DNA of 64,000 nt from Eledone cirrhosa (lineage: Eukaryota), in NCBI GenBank assembly GCA_964016885.1, contig OZ024758.1:18290001-18354000 (forward strand), given 5' to 3'. Position 1 is the first letter of the stretch. Each line of letters begins with the position of its first letter. Below are positions 1 through 13,504 of the stretch, one piece after another. Below the pieces are notes generated by a model. It was not told the DNA's origin, did no database searches, and saw only the letters and a program-made list of their open reading frames with translations. A program made the position numbers and the translations under genes.

Positions 1-25
1 ATATATATATATATATATATATATA

Positions 26-226
26 GGGACACGTTTGGCGTCGAGGGCAGAGCTGAAGCCGTTTCAACGGCAATTTATGGACAGAATTTAGTCCAGAAAT
101 AGCCGTCTAGACGGCTTGAGCTCTGCCTTCGGGGTCAAACAATTTACTATTGCCCACTCTACTACCCTAAGTATTGAGTACTCTCGTGAGTTATGGTCCA
201 TCTGGTTGCTTACGACACCTCCTTCG

Positions 227-228
<2 letters not shown>
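26..228 (+). mobile_element. Short (TA)n-inserted fold-back element, family B (long palindrome plus unique tail)
   Basis: Arms about 32-82/90-140 are imperfect inverted repeats around ggac-agaattta-gtcc; the tail carries gtattgagtac; homologous to 15807-15996 and 37938-38141; (TA)n on both sides. Confidence 0.75.
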
Positions 229-307
<79 letters not shown>

Positions 308-342
308 TAGACATATATATATATATATATATAAATATATAT

Positions 343-403
<61 letters not shown>

Positions 404-408
404 TATAT

Positions 409-479
<71 letters not shown>

Positions 480-485
480 TATAGA

Positions 486-517
<32 letters not shown>

Positions 518-543
518 CGTTTTTATATATATTTTTTTTGTAT

Positions 544-583
<40 letters not shown>

Positions 584-1101
584 GGTCAGATCTGAGTGAC
601 TTAGCGACGACCTAGATAAAATAGGTAAAAGGAAATAAGCCAAGAAAAAGTGATAGAAAACAAGTAATGGAAACTGAGACGTGGTGGAGATAGAAAAGAA
701 AAAAATAAGAAGAAAAATATTGATGGAATAAAATACACAGCAAAATAAATTCAACAGAGAGTTGTAGACAGGGAAATAAGCGTAAATGGCAGACACATAA
801 AAATGACAAAACAACATAATTTAGGTAAAAGACTAACAGTAGAAATGATGCGAAAATGGAGTTTTATAGAATGTTAAAGGAAATGTGAAGATAAATGTCA
901 AATCCAACAAAGTTTGTGACAGAAAAAAATAAAATTTCTGAAAGCATCAAGAGTAGAATCAATAATACACATATTATGTTTAATGATCACACCAAAAGTA
1001 CAGTCATACCGTTAATTATATCGCGTCATACCTACCTAAAATATTTGATAACATCCATGACAAGATTCAACAACACACTATATACTTATAACGGGTACTT
1101 A

Positions 1102-1305
1102 ATTAGGCTCAAGGCCAGCAATTTTCGGGGCAGAGAGAGAAAGTAGGTAACGTCGACCCCCAATTCGTTAGCGGTTATTTATTTTATAGACCTTGTAGGG
1201 AGGAAAAACAAAGTTAACGTCGGCGGCATCTGAATTCCGAAGGTAAAGGGATGTAACTCTATGGTGTGAAGCATGCTGCCCGATGCTCTACCGATTCTAC
1301 CAATT
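1102..1305 (-). mobile_element. Degraded tRNA-derived SINE (Meta/MESC-core, OR2-like)
   Basis: Reverse complement aligns by eye with the family consensus (A box, B box gagttcaaatccc, core gcctttcatccttacggggtcgataaaataaagtaccag). Confidence 0.7.
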
Positions 1306-1354
1306 CTAATAAAAAAAGTTGTAATGTTAATGTAATATGTTGCAAGCTATTAAA

Positions 1355-1535
1355 ATAATTGTTTCCTCTTTTGGCACAAGGCCAGCAATACCCAGTGTAT
1401 TACCGGTACTTTATTTTATCGACCCCGTAAGGATTAAAGGCAAAGTTAACCTCGGCGGGATTTGAAATTATTCCGTAAAGGGACGTAACTCTATGCTGGA
1501 AAGCATGTTATCCGACTCTCTACCAATAATGCCAA
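1355..1535 (-). mobile_element. tRNA-derived SINE (Meta/MESC-core, OR2-like)
   Basis: ggtactttattttatcgaccccgtaaggattaaaggcaaagttaacctcggcgggatttgaa; (ATT)-type tail. Confidence 0.85.
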
Positions 1536-2168
1536 TAATAACATACAAAAAATCCCTTTATTCCAACATATAACTTATTAACGTAATTCATTGAACCAAG
1601 ACTGTCTCAGCGGTGACCACTTAAACAATAGATTTCCTAGAGTGATAACAGAAAGTATATAGTAAATAAATAAACTATTCATATTTCAGATACTCAATGG
1701 GTGTCCTTGAGTTCTGGGGATGGCGTTCGTTTTTTCTAACTGTCAGAATATTCATAGAAAACATGAGGTAGAAAGCTGCTCTGAATTAGCATGGGTATAT
1801 TCTCCAATTCTAGAGAAATTGGTTGTATCTTCTCTATCGAGGTTTATTAACTTCATGGTTATTTACATTACTTTCAAGAAACATTTCCTGACCGAAGAGA
1901 AGAACAAGGAAAATTCGATCACGAGATATAAAAAACGACGGAGGAGAAGGTCCTGGAGGAATTGGGACATATAGAAGATAGCAGATAGCAGAGTTCCGTT
2001 GGAACCTTCAGAAGGATGTGTCTGCTAAACTACCGAATGGAATACCTATAAATGCATGTGATTCACGTGCTGAAGTAAAATGAGTTCGTGATATATATTT
2101 GGTGAGTGTTCGATTGATCAATAGTATTAATATTGTTATTCAAATTCATAAACATTTTGCTTGATAAA

Positions 2169-2354
2169 TAATTATTTGTTTCTACTTTTGGCACAAGGCC
2201 AGCAATTACCCAGTGCATTACTGGTACTTTATTTTATCGACCCCGTAAGGATGAAAGGCAAAGTTAACCTCGGCGGGATTTGAACTCAGTCCGTAAAGGG
2301 ACGTAACTGTGCTGCAAAGCATGGCGTCCGACCCTCTACCGATACTGCCAATCC
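2169..2354 (-). mobile_element. tRNA-derived SINE (Meta/MESC-core, OR2-like)
   Basis: Near-consensus copy: tggcagtatcggtagag A box, gagttcaaatccc B box, core, ...gtagaaacaaataatt tail. Confidence 0.9.
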
Positions 2355-2387
2355 AAATAATTATTAAGAACCAATAAGGCAGGTGTA

Positions 2388-2580
2388 ATTGTTTTAACTT
2401 TTGGCACAAAGCCAGCCATTAGCCCAGTGCTTTATTTAACGGCACTTGTGCTTTATTTAACGGCACCGTAAGGATGAAAGGCACTGTTAACCTCGGCAGG
2501 ATTTCAACTTAGAAGATAAAGCGCCATCATTCTATGCTGCAAAGCAGGGTGTCTGACGCTCTACCGATACTGTTAGTGCC
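2388..2580 (-). mobile_element. tRNA-derived SINE, degraded, with a short internal duplication
   Basis: Same family; gtgctttatttaacggcac is duplicated within 2427-2466. Confidence 0.75.
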
Positions 2581-2938
2581 ATTAATTCAATGATCACATT
2601 ATAATCCTCAAGAAATGATTCTAACTTCTAAGATTCCAAAGTAAACGTTTCTATTGATATCCTTAAATTCATCTCCTACTTGTAAACATGAGAATGTAAA
2701 GGTATAGACTTTATTTTAAAGGCTATATTAAAACAAATTAAATGAAAACACTTGAATCCACGTCCAGTAATTATATATACGAAATGTATATATCTACGAT
2801 TGAATTAATGTTTTGAAGAACAGATGTTGCTATGGTCACCAATTTAAAATACCAATTTTCTGGTTTCATATGTTTAAAACATAGGAATATCATACTGTTA
2901 ACAATTTGCGCGCGCACACATGCACACGCACACAGACA

Positions 2939-3226
<288 letters not shown>

Positions 3227-4049
3227 GCACACACACATATGTATATATGCACACGCACGCACACACACACACACATATATATATATATACACACACACAT
3301 GTATATATATATATATATATATATGTGAGTGTATATGCATGTGGGTGTGTGTGCATGTGTACGTGCGTGCCTGGTGATAAGTCGGATTACGAAATAGCAC
3401 TCTACACAAAATCCGTTATTCATGTTCTGTTTATGCCGAATACTTAAAAATGGCATTACGACGAATTTTACATTGCCATTCCTATGATGTTAAGTCAGTT
3501 AAATAATTAAGAATCCCGAACAATGTTTTCATATAGGTGAAAATGCGATGCGTATGTAACGGAAACACTTATTAAATTGTATCTGTAATATTAGATGTTT
3601 TCTAAAAGCAAGTCTTATCAAATCATACCGTTGCTTTGAAAAAATGCTATTCGAAAACATTCTTTTAGAATGTCTAAACTTTCAATAGCATTACATGCTG
3701 TTTATCAAGAAACGCTGTAACTAATCAAAAGATTAGTCAGATTTTAAGTTTAAATTAGTCATTACTATGGAAATGAATTGCTTTCATCTCAATCAGACAG
3801 AGTTTGCATATTGAATTGAAGCCTCCGTATTTATAGATGTTGATCTTTCTCTACGATAGGCAAAGTGATTTTCAAATCATTTCGACTCCCCAAAGTGATA
3901 GATCACAGCTCCGTAGTATTCGAGGTGTGATCTATCAATTTGGAGCTGTAGTTGCTTTACCTGGTCCGACTCTCTGACGAATGATGTTACACCAACATTT
4001 CTTCAGGGGCACCTTAGTTCATTGGATTATATTCGAGAACTTTTGGCTA

Positions 4050-4610
4050 TTATACAAGATTTATGATCGTTGGTGAGGGTAGGTAAACATTGAAAATGAG
4101 GATAGCGTATTTGGCAGTTACACATACCTCTCCCATTATGCAGTTTTTACTTTTCATATCACCCTATTACACATCACTCGCGAAAGTGGCACCAAGATAT
4201 TTGAGATTCACACCATATTTCAGTGTAAATCCACATTCATGTAGAGTCAACTGTCCATGCTTCTTTGAGACGTCGAACGACTCAATAATCGTAGTTCTGA
4301 CTTACATTCTTGCTATGCAGCATTCGGCAGCAAACATATCCAATGCATGTTGGACATCAACTTCCGGCGCGTTTGCAACATGTTGCCTGTAAATTCCAGC
4401 CTTTTGATCCTACAGCCGCCGGTATTTATACCACTTTAAACCATGATTCAAGAATAGTACGAACAGAAGAAGTAACAATAGGCAGCCCTGGCGGAGATCG
4501 ACACCTACATTGAATTGTTTCGATACGCCATTTATTTCCACACACATACTAGGGCATTCATATAGGAAACCGTAATTAAATATTGTGATAGACATCCTGG
4601 TAATCGAACC
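4050..4610 (-). pseudogene. Degraded non-LTR retrotransposon RT fragment (RTE-like)
   Basis: Minus-strand peptides GVSKQFNVGVDLRQGCLL and VNLKYLGATF match the RT motifs G(L/V)RQGCxLSP and F(K)YLG; frames are broken. Confidence 0.7.
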
Positions 4611-6714
4611 CCTTTACTTGTAAATTCATCTGAGAGAAAGCAGCACCATATCAACTTGGTTAACATGATAGTTTTAATGTGGTTGGTTCAGGTCATTACA
4701 TTTATATTATGCGGCTGTTACGGACATTACAAGGTATTTCGTTCTATGTTTATTGCATGTAGTGTAATGATAGATGTTGATAAAATATAGTTAGCTATTT
4801 TATTTAGATTTATTTCTGAAATTTCTATGCGGGAATAAAAATTTGCCATTGAATTTGAATTCATTTTTTTTTAAAAACATTTCTGCTAAAATATTTTTAT
4901 GGCTCTTTTCCCATTAATCTCTTGGGATAACAAAATAAAAATTAGAAAAAAAATATACGTACAGATAAAATATAAAAAGAAAAATGTAAATAACTATACT
5001 GTGAAAAAAGAATCTGCAACTAAATTTGAGTGTAAAAGCTATTTCAAATGAATATAACATATTCGTGTAAGAAGAGAAAGCTGTAAAAGTACGCATTTTA
5101 AAGTTATTTATTATAGCTATTGAATGTTTCTACATTTATTTTCTTTTATTTGTTTTCATATGTCGACGTATTTAGTTCTTGACTGAAAATCTCCAAAACG
5201 AATAAATAGCTACTAAAGGAATATTTTGAGATTGTTTATTGATAATGTTTTTTAGAGAAACATTCATTCACAACAATTGAAATGATTACAAGTTAATAAT
5301 GTTCGCTGAAAACCTGATGGTTGAGTTTTCAAGGCATCTTCGCTAACGTCGTTGTCATCATTTTATCTTTGATGTTATTTTTGAATTGCTTTTGTTTTCT
5401 ATACTTTTGTTATCCATTTGAATCAAGAGGATATCAGGTTGCTAATTTAGACGCTTGTGTTTCACTGGGACTGGATTAATCAATGACCAAACTATTATGT
5501 GTATTTGTCTTAATAACATTGTATATTTGCTTACATATCTCGCCTTGACATTCTACAAGCAGTAATTCCTTCGCCATGATATAATTAAGGAGATACATCT
5601 TCCTATTCAAAGGTTATGCTTTCTCAACATGCTAGAACGACAGAAATTAAAGATTTAAGGTAAGATTATGTCGTTAGTGTGGAATGTCATCGCTTCTATC
5701 TAGATTCATTCATCGAAACAATATTTGTAAATACCACTAATATAAAAATATTATTCAGAGTATTGGAGTTAATTTCATTGTTCGATATTAACGATTTTGT
5801 GCCTGGCATACAATCGCAGAAATTAAATTTGAAAACTTGCTCTGCTTCATTTCCCAATGTTTCATGCGTGACTGACCGTGAAGATTTATAATTTACAAAA
5901 TGCATTTAGCTTATAATTTATTCTATGCAAGAACATCTATAACTGTTCCAGATGTTTTGGACCGAGGCGAAAAGTTAACTGAATATAAGGATTCATTTAA
6001 AGGATACATTAATTCATTCATGATTTAATATCTTGTCGGTTAATAGTTCAATTGAAACATAACTACGAACATACTTCTGGTATCATAACAGTGAGTATGT
6101 GTATGTGTGTGTGCGTGTGTGCCCCTATGTGTGTGTGTGCATGTCCGCGTTTGTATGTGTGTGTGTGTGTGTGTGTATGTCTGCTCGTCTGTGTGTGTGT
6201 GGGTGTGTATGTGTGTATGTGTGTGTGTCTACATCTCTCAGTATGTGTCTGTATGCGTGTGTGCGTTGTAATGCACAAATGATACTCGTGTATTCTATTC
6301 AAATGTCGATGTGTAGAAAATGCATATCTGATATGCCAACAGTAATGATTATAATTGCAGTCCCTAATTGGTGATTTGCTGTATTTGAAGTTGACTTCAC
6401 TTATCTTAACGGTAGTACCGATAGTAACGAATATATTTCAATAATTCATATCGGTTTATTATGGGGTAAAGTGTATATACTTAACTTACAAAATACGGAA
6501 TGGTACCTATTCTCTACCACTTCCGATATTTAAATTGTTATATACTCATGGGAATGCTATGTTAATTCTATATAACATTAATTTGTGTCGATTAGTATAT
6601 CATATTATTGAATAGACACAGAGAATATAATGACCTATTTCATCTCTGGACAAGGCAAAGAAAGGAACATTTTAATATTGTATATCGGCCAGGAAAATAT
6701 ATAGTATTATTGAA

Positions 6715-6933
6715 GGGCGCTGGAATGGCAGTATCGGTAAGGGCGGTGGTTGGCGGTATCGGTAGAGGGTCGGACGCAATGCTTTGCAGCAAAGAGTTAC
6801 GGTCCTTTATGGTCTGAGTTCAAATCCTGCCGAGGTTATCTTTGCCTTTCATCCTTACGGGGTCGATAAAATAAAGTACCAGTAATACACTGTGATAGTT
6901 GCTGGCCTTGTGCCAAAAGTAGAAACAATTATT
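6715..6933 (+). mobile_element. tRNA-derived SINE (OR2-like) with duplicated 5' head
   Basis: A-box segment occurs twice (gggcgctggaatggcagtatcggta, then gggcggtggttggcggtatcggtag), followed by B box, core and tail. Confidence 0.9.
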
Positions 6934-7396
6934 GTGGTGTACGCTCAAACAACATCTGGAAATTGACAATGGCCAATACAAAAACAATATCAGCTGGAAA
7001 TAGATAATTCTAATAATTAAGAGAAACGATTGTGAAAAAGAACACAGTCTTAAAAGTAATGTTTCTCCGGTTAAAATGGGTTGCGTCATACAAGGTATGA
7101 CAAATATATAATCGTCCAGCTTGGCCGAATAAGAGATCATGAAGACGGTTTCTTGTCGTGGTAGATAAACAGCCAGATTTCACTTAAGCAACACTCCACC
7201 ATTTGGGGAATGAAATAGACACAGTGTTTGTTCTAATATTACACACCATTAAAAAGCGATGCCCACAATGTGAGGGTCTTTCCTCGTATGTTTACGATTT
7301 GAGTTGACGTAAAGCTAAACTAATCGGGAAAATGTTTTGTTTTACAGATGAAATGCGAAAAAAATATTTCATGTACCATAGTTTATTACGTATCAA

Positions 7397-7589
7397 GGCG
7401 ATGGATTGGCAGTATCAGTAGAGCGTCAGACACCATGCTTTGTAGCATGTAGTTAGGGTCTTCACGGTCTTAGTTCAATTCCCGCCGAGGTTAACTTTGC
7501 CTTTCATCCTTACGGGGTTAATAAAATAAAGCACAAATAATGTGCTGGGATAATTTCTGACCTTGTGCCAAAAGTAGAAACAATTATTT
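7397..7589 (+). mobile_element. tRNA-derived SINE (OR2-like)
   Basis: Full head-core-tail match to 6740-6933. Confidence 0.88.
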
Positions 7590-7601
7590 ATTACATATCT
7601 A

Positions 7602-7826
7602 GGGGGCAGTGGATTATCAGAATCGGAAGATTGTCGGACATTAAGCTTTATGGCATAGTTATGACCCTTTACGCTCTGAGCTTAAATCCCGCCGAGGTTA
7701 GCATTGCCATTCCCCCTAACTTGGATGATAAAATAAAGCACAGGTAATGCACTGGGGTTGATTTAATCGACTTCTCACTTCTCACACAATTGCTGGCATT
7801 GTGCCTAACGTAGAAATTATTATTTA
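7602..7826 (+). mobile_element. tRNA-derived SINE (OR2-like, longer variant)
   Basis: Head, degraded core, extra ggggttgatttaatcgac segment, attatt tail. Confidence 0.75.
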
Positions 7827-8778
7827 TTACGTATCTAGAAACTACCAAACACATCAGCCTTAGCGTAATCACTGTAAGACATAACAAGAAATAATATTCT
7901 TTGAATAATGTGCAAACATTGTCGAAATCAGTGATGCTTACGAAATAAAGAAACGCGTAACAGATCATCCAGTGAAATATAGTGCATAAAATTGGCACGT
8001 ACATGTATCATATATGAATTCATTTATTATTCAGTGTATGCATCCCGTATTAGCTTAGTGGAAAGTATCTTTCTCCCAAGCATAAAAGCTAGATATGCGT
8101 AACTCATTACTGCCCACCTAATAAACACGTTGCTACATCTTCGACATTAAATAATTCAGAGACACTATATAGAATACATAGGATATCCGCAACATAATTA
8201 ATGCACGGGGTTTTACAAAACCATATAGGAATAAATAAAGAGTGTAAAACGAAAAACTATATGATTGAATGAATAATGTTATTTCCATGTATCGGTACCA
8301 GTAATGCACTCGTTAATTACTGGCCTTGTGCCAAAAGTAGAAACAATTATTTCCATGTATCGGTGTGTTGATTATCATACTCAAAGAACACACAAACACT
8401 TACATCATAGTATTGACCTCAACCAAAACGTTAGAAAGGTGATCAACAAATGATTATTTTCTCAGAAAAATAATTCATGTAATAGGCCAATCTCTTTCAA
8501 ATATACATATATATGAAAATACAATGTCCGAGACAAAGCAAGAGTGTATTTGAATACATATAATAATAAAAGAAACAAACATCGCTAGAATAGCTGTTAA
8601 AAGAGCTAACTGATGTGAAAAACAGCGATTGGCAATACTGCCTGGGTGGACAGACAACAGTGGCCAGCATAGAGACAATTCACGTGGCGGTGACAGGCAG
8701 ATGAAACAGAGACACAATTGACAAGGAGTAGCGCGTTGGCGCAGATGAGTGATTGGCTGTACTTTAATTAGTTTCCAG

Positions 8779-8970
8779 ATAATTGTTTCTATTGTTGGCA
8801 CAATGTCAGCAATTATACCAGTGCATTACTAGTACTTTATTTGATCGACCCCGTAAGGCTGAAAGGCAAAGTTAATCTCGGCAGGATTTGAACTCAGACC
8901 ACCAAGAGACGTAACTCTATGCTACAAAGCATGGCGACCGACTCTTTACTGATACTGCCAATCCACCGCC
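8779..8970 (-). mobile_element. tRNA-derived SINE (OR2-like)
   Basis: Full-length reverse-complement match to the family. Confidence 0.88.
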
Positions 8971-9295
8971 TGCTTTTATTTTCCAGATAACGCCTGCACT
9001 TAGTTTCCAGATAACGCCATATATCTTGTTGAGTTTACAGCTGAGAAACAGACTCCATATTACTCTCAGGTGGTTCATTGTCGTCTTAAAAAATAACATC
9101 ATGCAAGGTAGTCTATGGTACATTATTTCTGAAGCATTACGACGACCCGGCTGTTAGTTGCACACCTTAGATGATAAGCCTTTAATGTCAGACCTTACAT
9201 CAACGAAGCAAGGAAAACATTTCAAGGCAAACTCGAAACACGTACGTAGATATTAAACGGGAAGGGACATACTCTCCACAAGAGTGTACCTTATG

Positions 9296-9782
9296 TATAT
9301 CTGCCAACCTTTAAAAAACCCAAACGGGGAGTGCCATGAACAAAGTCCGAAGATTTTACATTATGAAAGTTATGCCAATTTTCACGAGAAAAGACTTCTG
9401 ACACCAACCCCAAAGTGGCTGGAAGATTTCCTCGTCGGACGGGGAGAGTTGACAAGTTTGCTAATTCCATGCTGTAAATGCTCAATGTAATATGTTGTAT
9501 TTCTTAATTTGAAAAAAAGAGAAATGTTAAACGGACAAACAGAAACTACACTTTGTTCACGTAAATTGTTTAATATTTAATACAGTCTCAGGCCTGTCAA
9601 CACTCTATTCCGACGGGGAGATCTTCAACCCACTTTGGAGTGGGTGAGAGATGTCTTCTCTTATGAAAATTGGTATAGATTTTTTATGTAAAATCTCCAC
9701 ATTTTGCCTAATTTCCTCCCATTGTGGGCCACTCTTTTTCATGATACTCCCCCGTTTGGGTTTTTAAAGGTTGGCAGGTCTG
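9296..9782. mobile_element. MITE / non-autonomous DNA transposon with long imperfect TIRs
   Basis: ctgccaacctttaaaaaacccaaacggggag at 9301 is inverted at about 9748-9778; arm similarity extends about 170-190 bp (9296-9461 vs 9589-9782). No clear TSD. Confidence 0.8.
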
Positions 9783-10504
9783 TCTGTAGTCTGGTGGGTT
9801 CGTCGGAAAATTAGGAATAAATGATCTCAGACATGTTGTGAAATCTAAAGTCGAATAAATTGTGTTATTGAAAGAAATCAACGTAAAATGTTCATGCCTT
9901 CGGCAATAGGCGTCGACTGGTTTTCATGTATGATAGAGATAATATATTTACCGGGTATTACCATGGTGATTTCAGTTTTAAAAAAAATATATATTTTTAC
10001 AAATTTAAACACGTGTGAAAATAATTAAATTGAATTTTATTGTTATTATCTATATATTGTCAGCTGGGTGTTATGTTTGTGAAGAGGGAACAGTGTTAAA
10101 GTTTTGTTTGCGATTTGGTATTTAATTCTAGTTCCTTTCTACTCAACATGAATTTATCTTCCACAAAACCAGATATATTGAAGCCGTCATGATTGAAAAG
10201 CATTTGGAAAAATCACCCATTATGTTTGTGTTATACAAAAAAACATCAATATATTTCTATATCATTTCATTATTTTCTCTTAAATTAAAAATAATATATT
10301 TATATATATTTTACTGAGACACAAACCATGTATTTACATGTTAGTACTAAAATATATCAAGTTTTATAGCGCTGTCTAGTTATATTCAAATAATGTTAAA
10401 TATACGAAGCCTGGTAAGAAAGAGCAGCAGTTCAGCGATCAATTTGTTTACTCACTTCTCTTGAAGGAGATATATGTATATCCTGAGCTCTGTAACATCT
10501 ACAG

Positions 10505-10823
10505 TGAAGCTGCATGACTTAACACGTTGAGTTTACAATCGGCATGTTGTGAGTTCGATTTCAAGACCGACCGGGTCGTTAAGACCTTGAGTAAGTCATT
10601 TTATTTCATCTTACTCCGGTTCACTCAGCTGTAGAAATGAGTGGCAACGTCCCTAGTGTCAAGCTGCATCGGTCTTGGACAACATCGGTGGCATGGAAAG
10701 GCGAGACTGGTATGCATGGATATTTCTGGTCTTCTACCAAAAAACATAGCCGCGGCTTTCTGCCTCGGAAGGTGAACATTCTAAGTTCAAAACCCATGGT
10801 CATTCGTGACCGAAGCTGGTCTC
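10505..10823 (+). mobile_element. tRNA-derived CORE-type SINE (OR1-like)
   Basis: B box gagttcgatt, CORE-like ccttgagtaagtcattttatttca, ttcactcagctgtagaaatgag; homologous to 52163-52456. Confidence 0.75.
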
Positions 10824-11183
10824 AGGCTATTTCATCAACAAAGCTGGTAAACTGGCAGAGTTTTATACACACGGTATAAGTTCTTGCACACTGCAACTCA
10901 CTTCAAATATCTCGCAAATCAGTTACATTTCCTCATTTCAATTTGATGCCTAACCTCAACCGGACTTGTTTATTTTTCTACATACCTTTCCCAATTTATT
11001 TAACTATTTATCAATCTCTCTATATCTGTTCTTCTCTGGAAGAAGATGGCCGTTCAGATATGGAGAGCGGTGGAAAGGGTCAGACATCTTTGAATACCCG
11101 ATATGCGTTGTATATCACGCTCTTCCAACGATTACATTAAACATGTGAGACACATGAACGAATATATCTACAGTAAGATCCTA

Positions 11184-11330
11184 AGGGTCGGACGCCATGC
11201 TTTGCAGTATAGAGTTACGGACCCCTGTGGTTAACTTCGCCTTTCATCCTTATGGGGTCGACAAAATAAAGCACCAGCAATGTACTGGGATGATTGCTGG
11301 CCTTGTGTGCCAAAAGTAGAAACAGTTATT
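11184..11330 (+). mobile_element. tRNA-derived SINE (OR2-like), internally deleted
   Basis: Partial head plus core plus tail. Confidence 0.8.
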
Positions 11331-11755
11331 GTCAGCAGTTGGTAAAATTCTTTAGGGTTTACCAAATAGTAAACTAGCTGAAAAGAACATTTTAAAATGG
11401 ATTCAATAGGCTTCTCCAGAATTATTAGGAATATCATCACGGCCATTATTTGAAGAGTGACTATATTCGATGCCGCATTAACTCGTCTTATTATACAGAC
11501 TGATAATTCATCACAATTAACTATACATGTGGACATATATTTTATTTGAACAGACAAAAAACAGATATTTCCGAAAGAAATGAAAAATATGATTGCATGA
11601 TGTTCAAATATTTAGCAAAAGTATAATAAATGGCAGCGTATATAATTCATATTTTCATATTCACTCTTGAAAGAGAATGGAAAATAATAGTCTTTATTTC
11701 TGAAAGAAATGTAACGGACATTAATCTTATACTTTGTTAAACAATGTTTTGGATA

Positions 11756-11802
<47 letters not shown>

Positions 11803-11978
11803 GGGTGGGGGGTATTTGTGTGTGTGTAGGTATATATGTATATATATATACATATGTATATATATATATGTATATATATGTATATATATATATATATAAA
11901 TGTATATATATGTATATAAAATATTAAACAAATAATGAATAAAACAATGAAACAGTTCCTTATATTAAACAAAAAAAG

Positions 11979-12133
11979 TTCATTATTTAACGATCGTTTC
12001 TAGGATATATATGTGTTAGAATTGGCATGCATATTCAACAGATCTATGTACAAAATTATACAAAATTATACAAACTATCAAGATTAAATATACATACCAA
12101 ACACACATATATGCCGTCTTCAGAAATAATGAA
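11979..12133 (-). ncRNA. Type I hammerhead ribozyme with a long stem II insert
   Basis: Minus strand: TTCATTATTT-CTGAAGA-[long stem II, catatatgtg...cacatatat]-GAAA-CGATCG-T-T-AAATAATGAA; 10-bp stem I; palindromic stem III. Confidence 0.75.
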
Positions 12134-12165
12134 TATATGTATATATATATAAATGTAAATATATG

Positions 12166-12234
<69 letters not shown>

Positions 12235-12313
12235 GTATATATATATGCGTATATATATACATATGTGTATATATATACATTTGTGTATATATATATATAT
12301 ATATATATATACA

Positions 12314-12411
12314 TTTGAATAAAGTTTTTTGACATTTGTATAGTTAGTAAATCTAATACACACATACACACACACACACACACTCATACACATATATAAA
12401 TATATATATAT

Positions 12412-12456
<45 letters not shown>

Positions 12457-13121
12457 TAGATAAATATACACGGGTGTGTATGATTGTGTATAGAAGATTA
12501 TATTAATAAAAGGGATTCCACCTTTGTCTGATTTACTCGTTTTATTTACAATCTTTAAAATTTAGAATGCTATTAGAATGAAATAGTATGGTAGAATATT
12601 AAATGTTAAGTGTTAATTGAACAAGTACGTTCATGCTTTCGCAATCTTCAGGTTCATAATGTGCGGTGACATTCTATTGTCACACCCGTATATATTTATC
12701 TATCTATACATATGAGAATGGCCCGTGTGAATAGGCCTTCACTCTACATCAGACTATAGGTGAGGAAGATGAAAGATCAAGGGAGCACCCCCTCTCTGTG
12801 CTCCTGAGGAGAAGGGTTGCACACTTTTTTTCGGACGTGTGTGCGACCTCCCAGGGCGCCTCCTCCGTATTGAGGATTTTGTTATACAATTTATTTTGTT
12901 ATATTTTATTTTATTTTTATATTTTGTTATTTTATCCTCCTTATTGAGGACGCCTTGTTATGTAAACTCCCCCCATTGTACTTGTCCCACTTTTTGATGA
13001 CCTGGTGGCAAATAAAAATAAAATTATATATATCTATGTATATATATATATGAGTGTGTGTATGTGCATGTGTGTATTAGATTTACTAACTATACAAATA
13101 TGAAAAAAAACTTTATTCAAA
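12314..13121. repeat. Large inverted repeat (fold-back/MITE-like) whose right arm is interrupted by an insertion
   Basis: 12314-12370 is inverted at about 13065-13121, and 12451-12478 (tatagatagataaatatacacgggtgtg) is inverted at 12681-12708. Confidence 0.65.
12714..13023 (+). mobile_element. Probable 3' end of a LINE (GC-richer UTR ending aataaaaataaaa) inserted in TA
   Basis: Composition shift, A-rich 3' end, interrupts an inverted repeat; family not recognised. Confidence 0.45.
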
Positions 13122-13504
13122 GTTTCATATTTACTCCAGTGAGGGTGGAACAATGCCTTATTGTTGGAATTTATTAAACATAGTACGACTTTCCTTCGAA
13201 TTTCTAAAAAGAGTCTCACAAAACGAGTTTATTTGAAATTTGAAGCAACATTTTCTATGAAAATATGTAATATTTATCTCTATTTTATGTCAGTAAACAC
13301 AAATATATACAGCCGCTATATATATCTGATAAATGAGTGAAACCCCATACTGACAATATTCGAATATATATTCTATCGTCACTGGAAGAAAGAAGAAACA
13401 TTTTGCTTCGGAGTGATGTGAATTCAGAACATAAAGAGCTGGAACCTATGTTACAGAGCATTGTACAATTCTGCCCAACCTCTACGCTTTCATAGTGTGT
13501 GTGT

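Noticed and set aside
174-599. Many long ORFs of [20 protein letters not shown] type, here and at e.g. 36021-39117 and 46735-48255
   Set aside because: They are translations of stop-free dinucleotide microsatellites, with no protein-like complexity.
2169-2354. tRNA genes suggested by A and B boxes
   Set aside because: The boxes belong to SINE heads followed by SINE core and tail; no acceptor stem.
3970-4012. CTGACGA on + and CTGAAGA on - around a small hairpin
   Set aside because: No GAAA or stem III/UH follows on either strand.
5300-5990. Possible host exon (ORFs 5679-5891 and 5696-5905, putative acceptor near 5983 on the minus strand)
   Set aside because: Stops in the frames examined and no recognisable domain.
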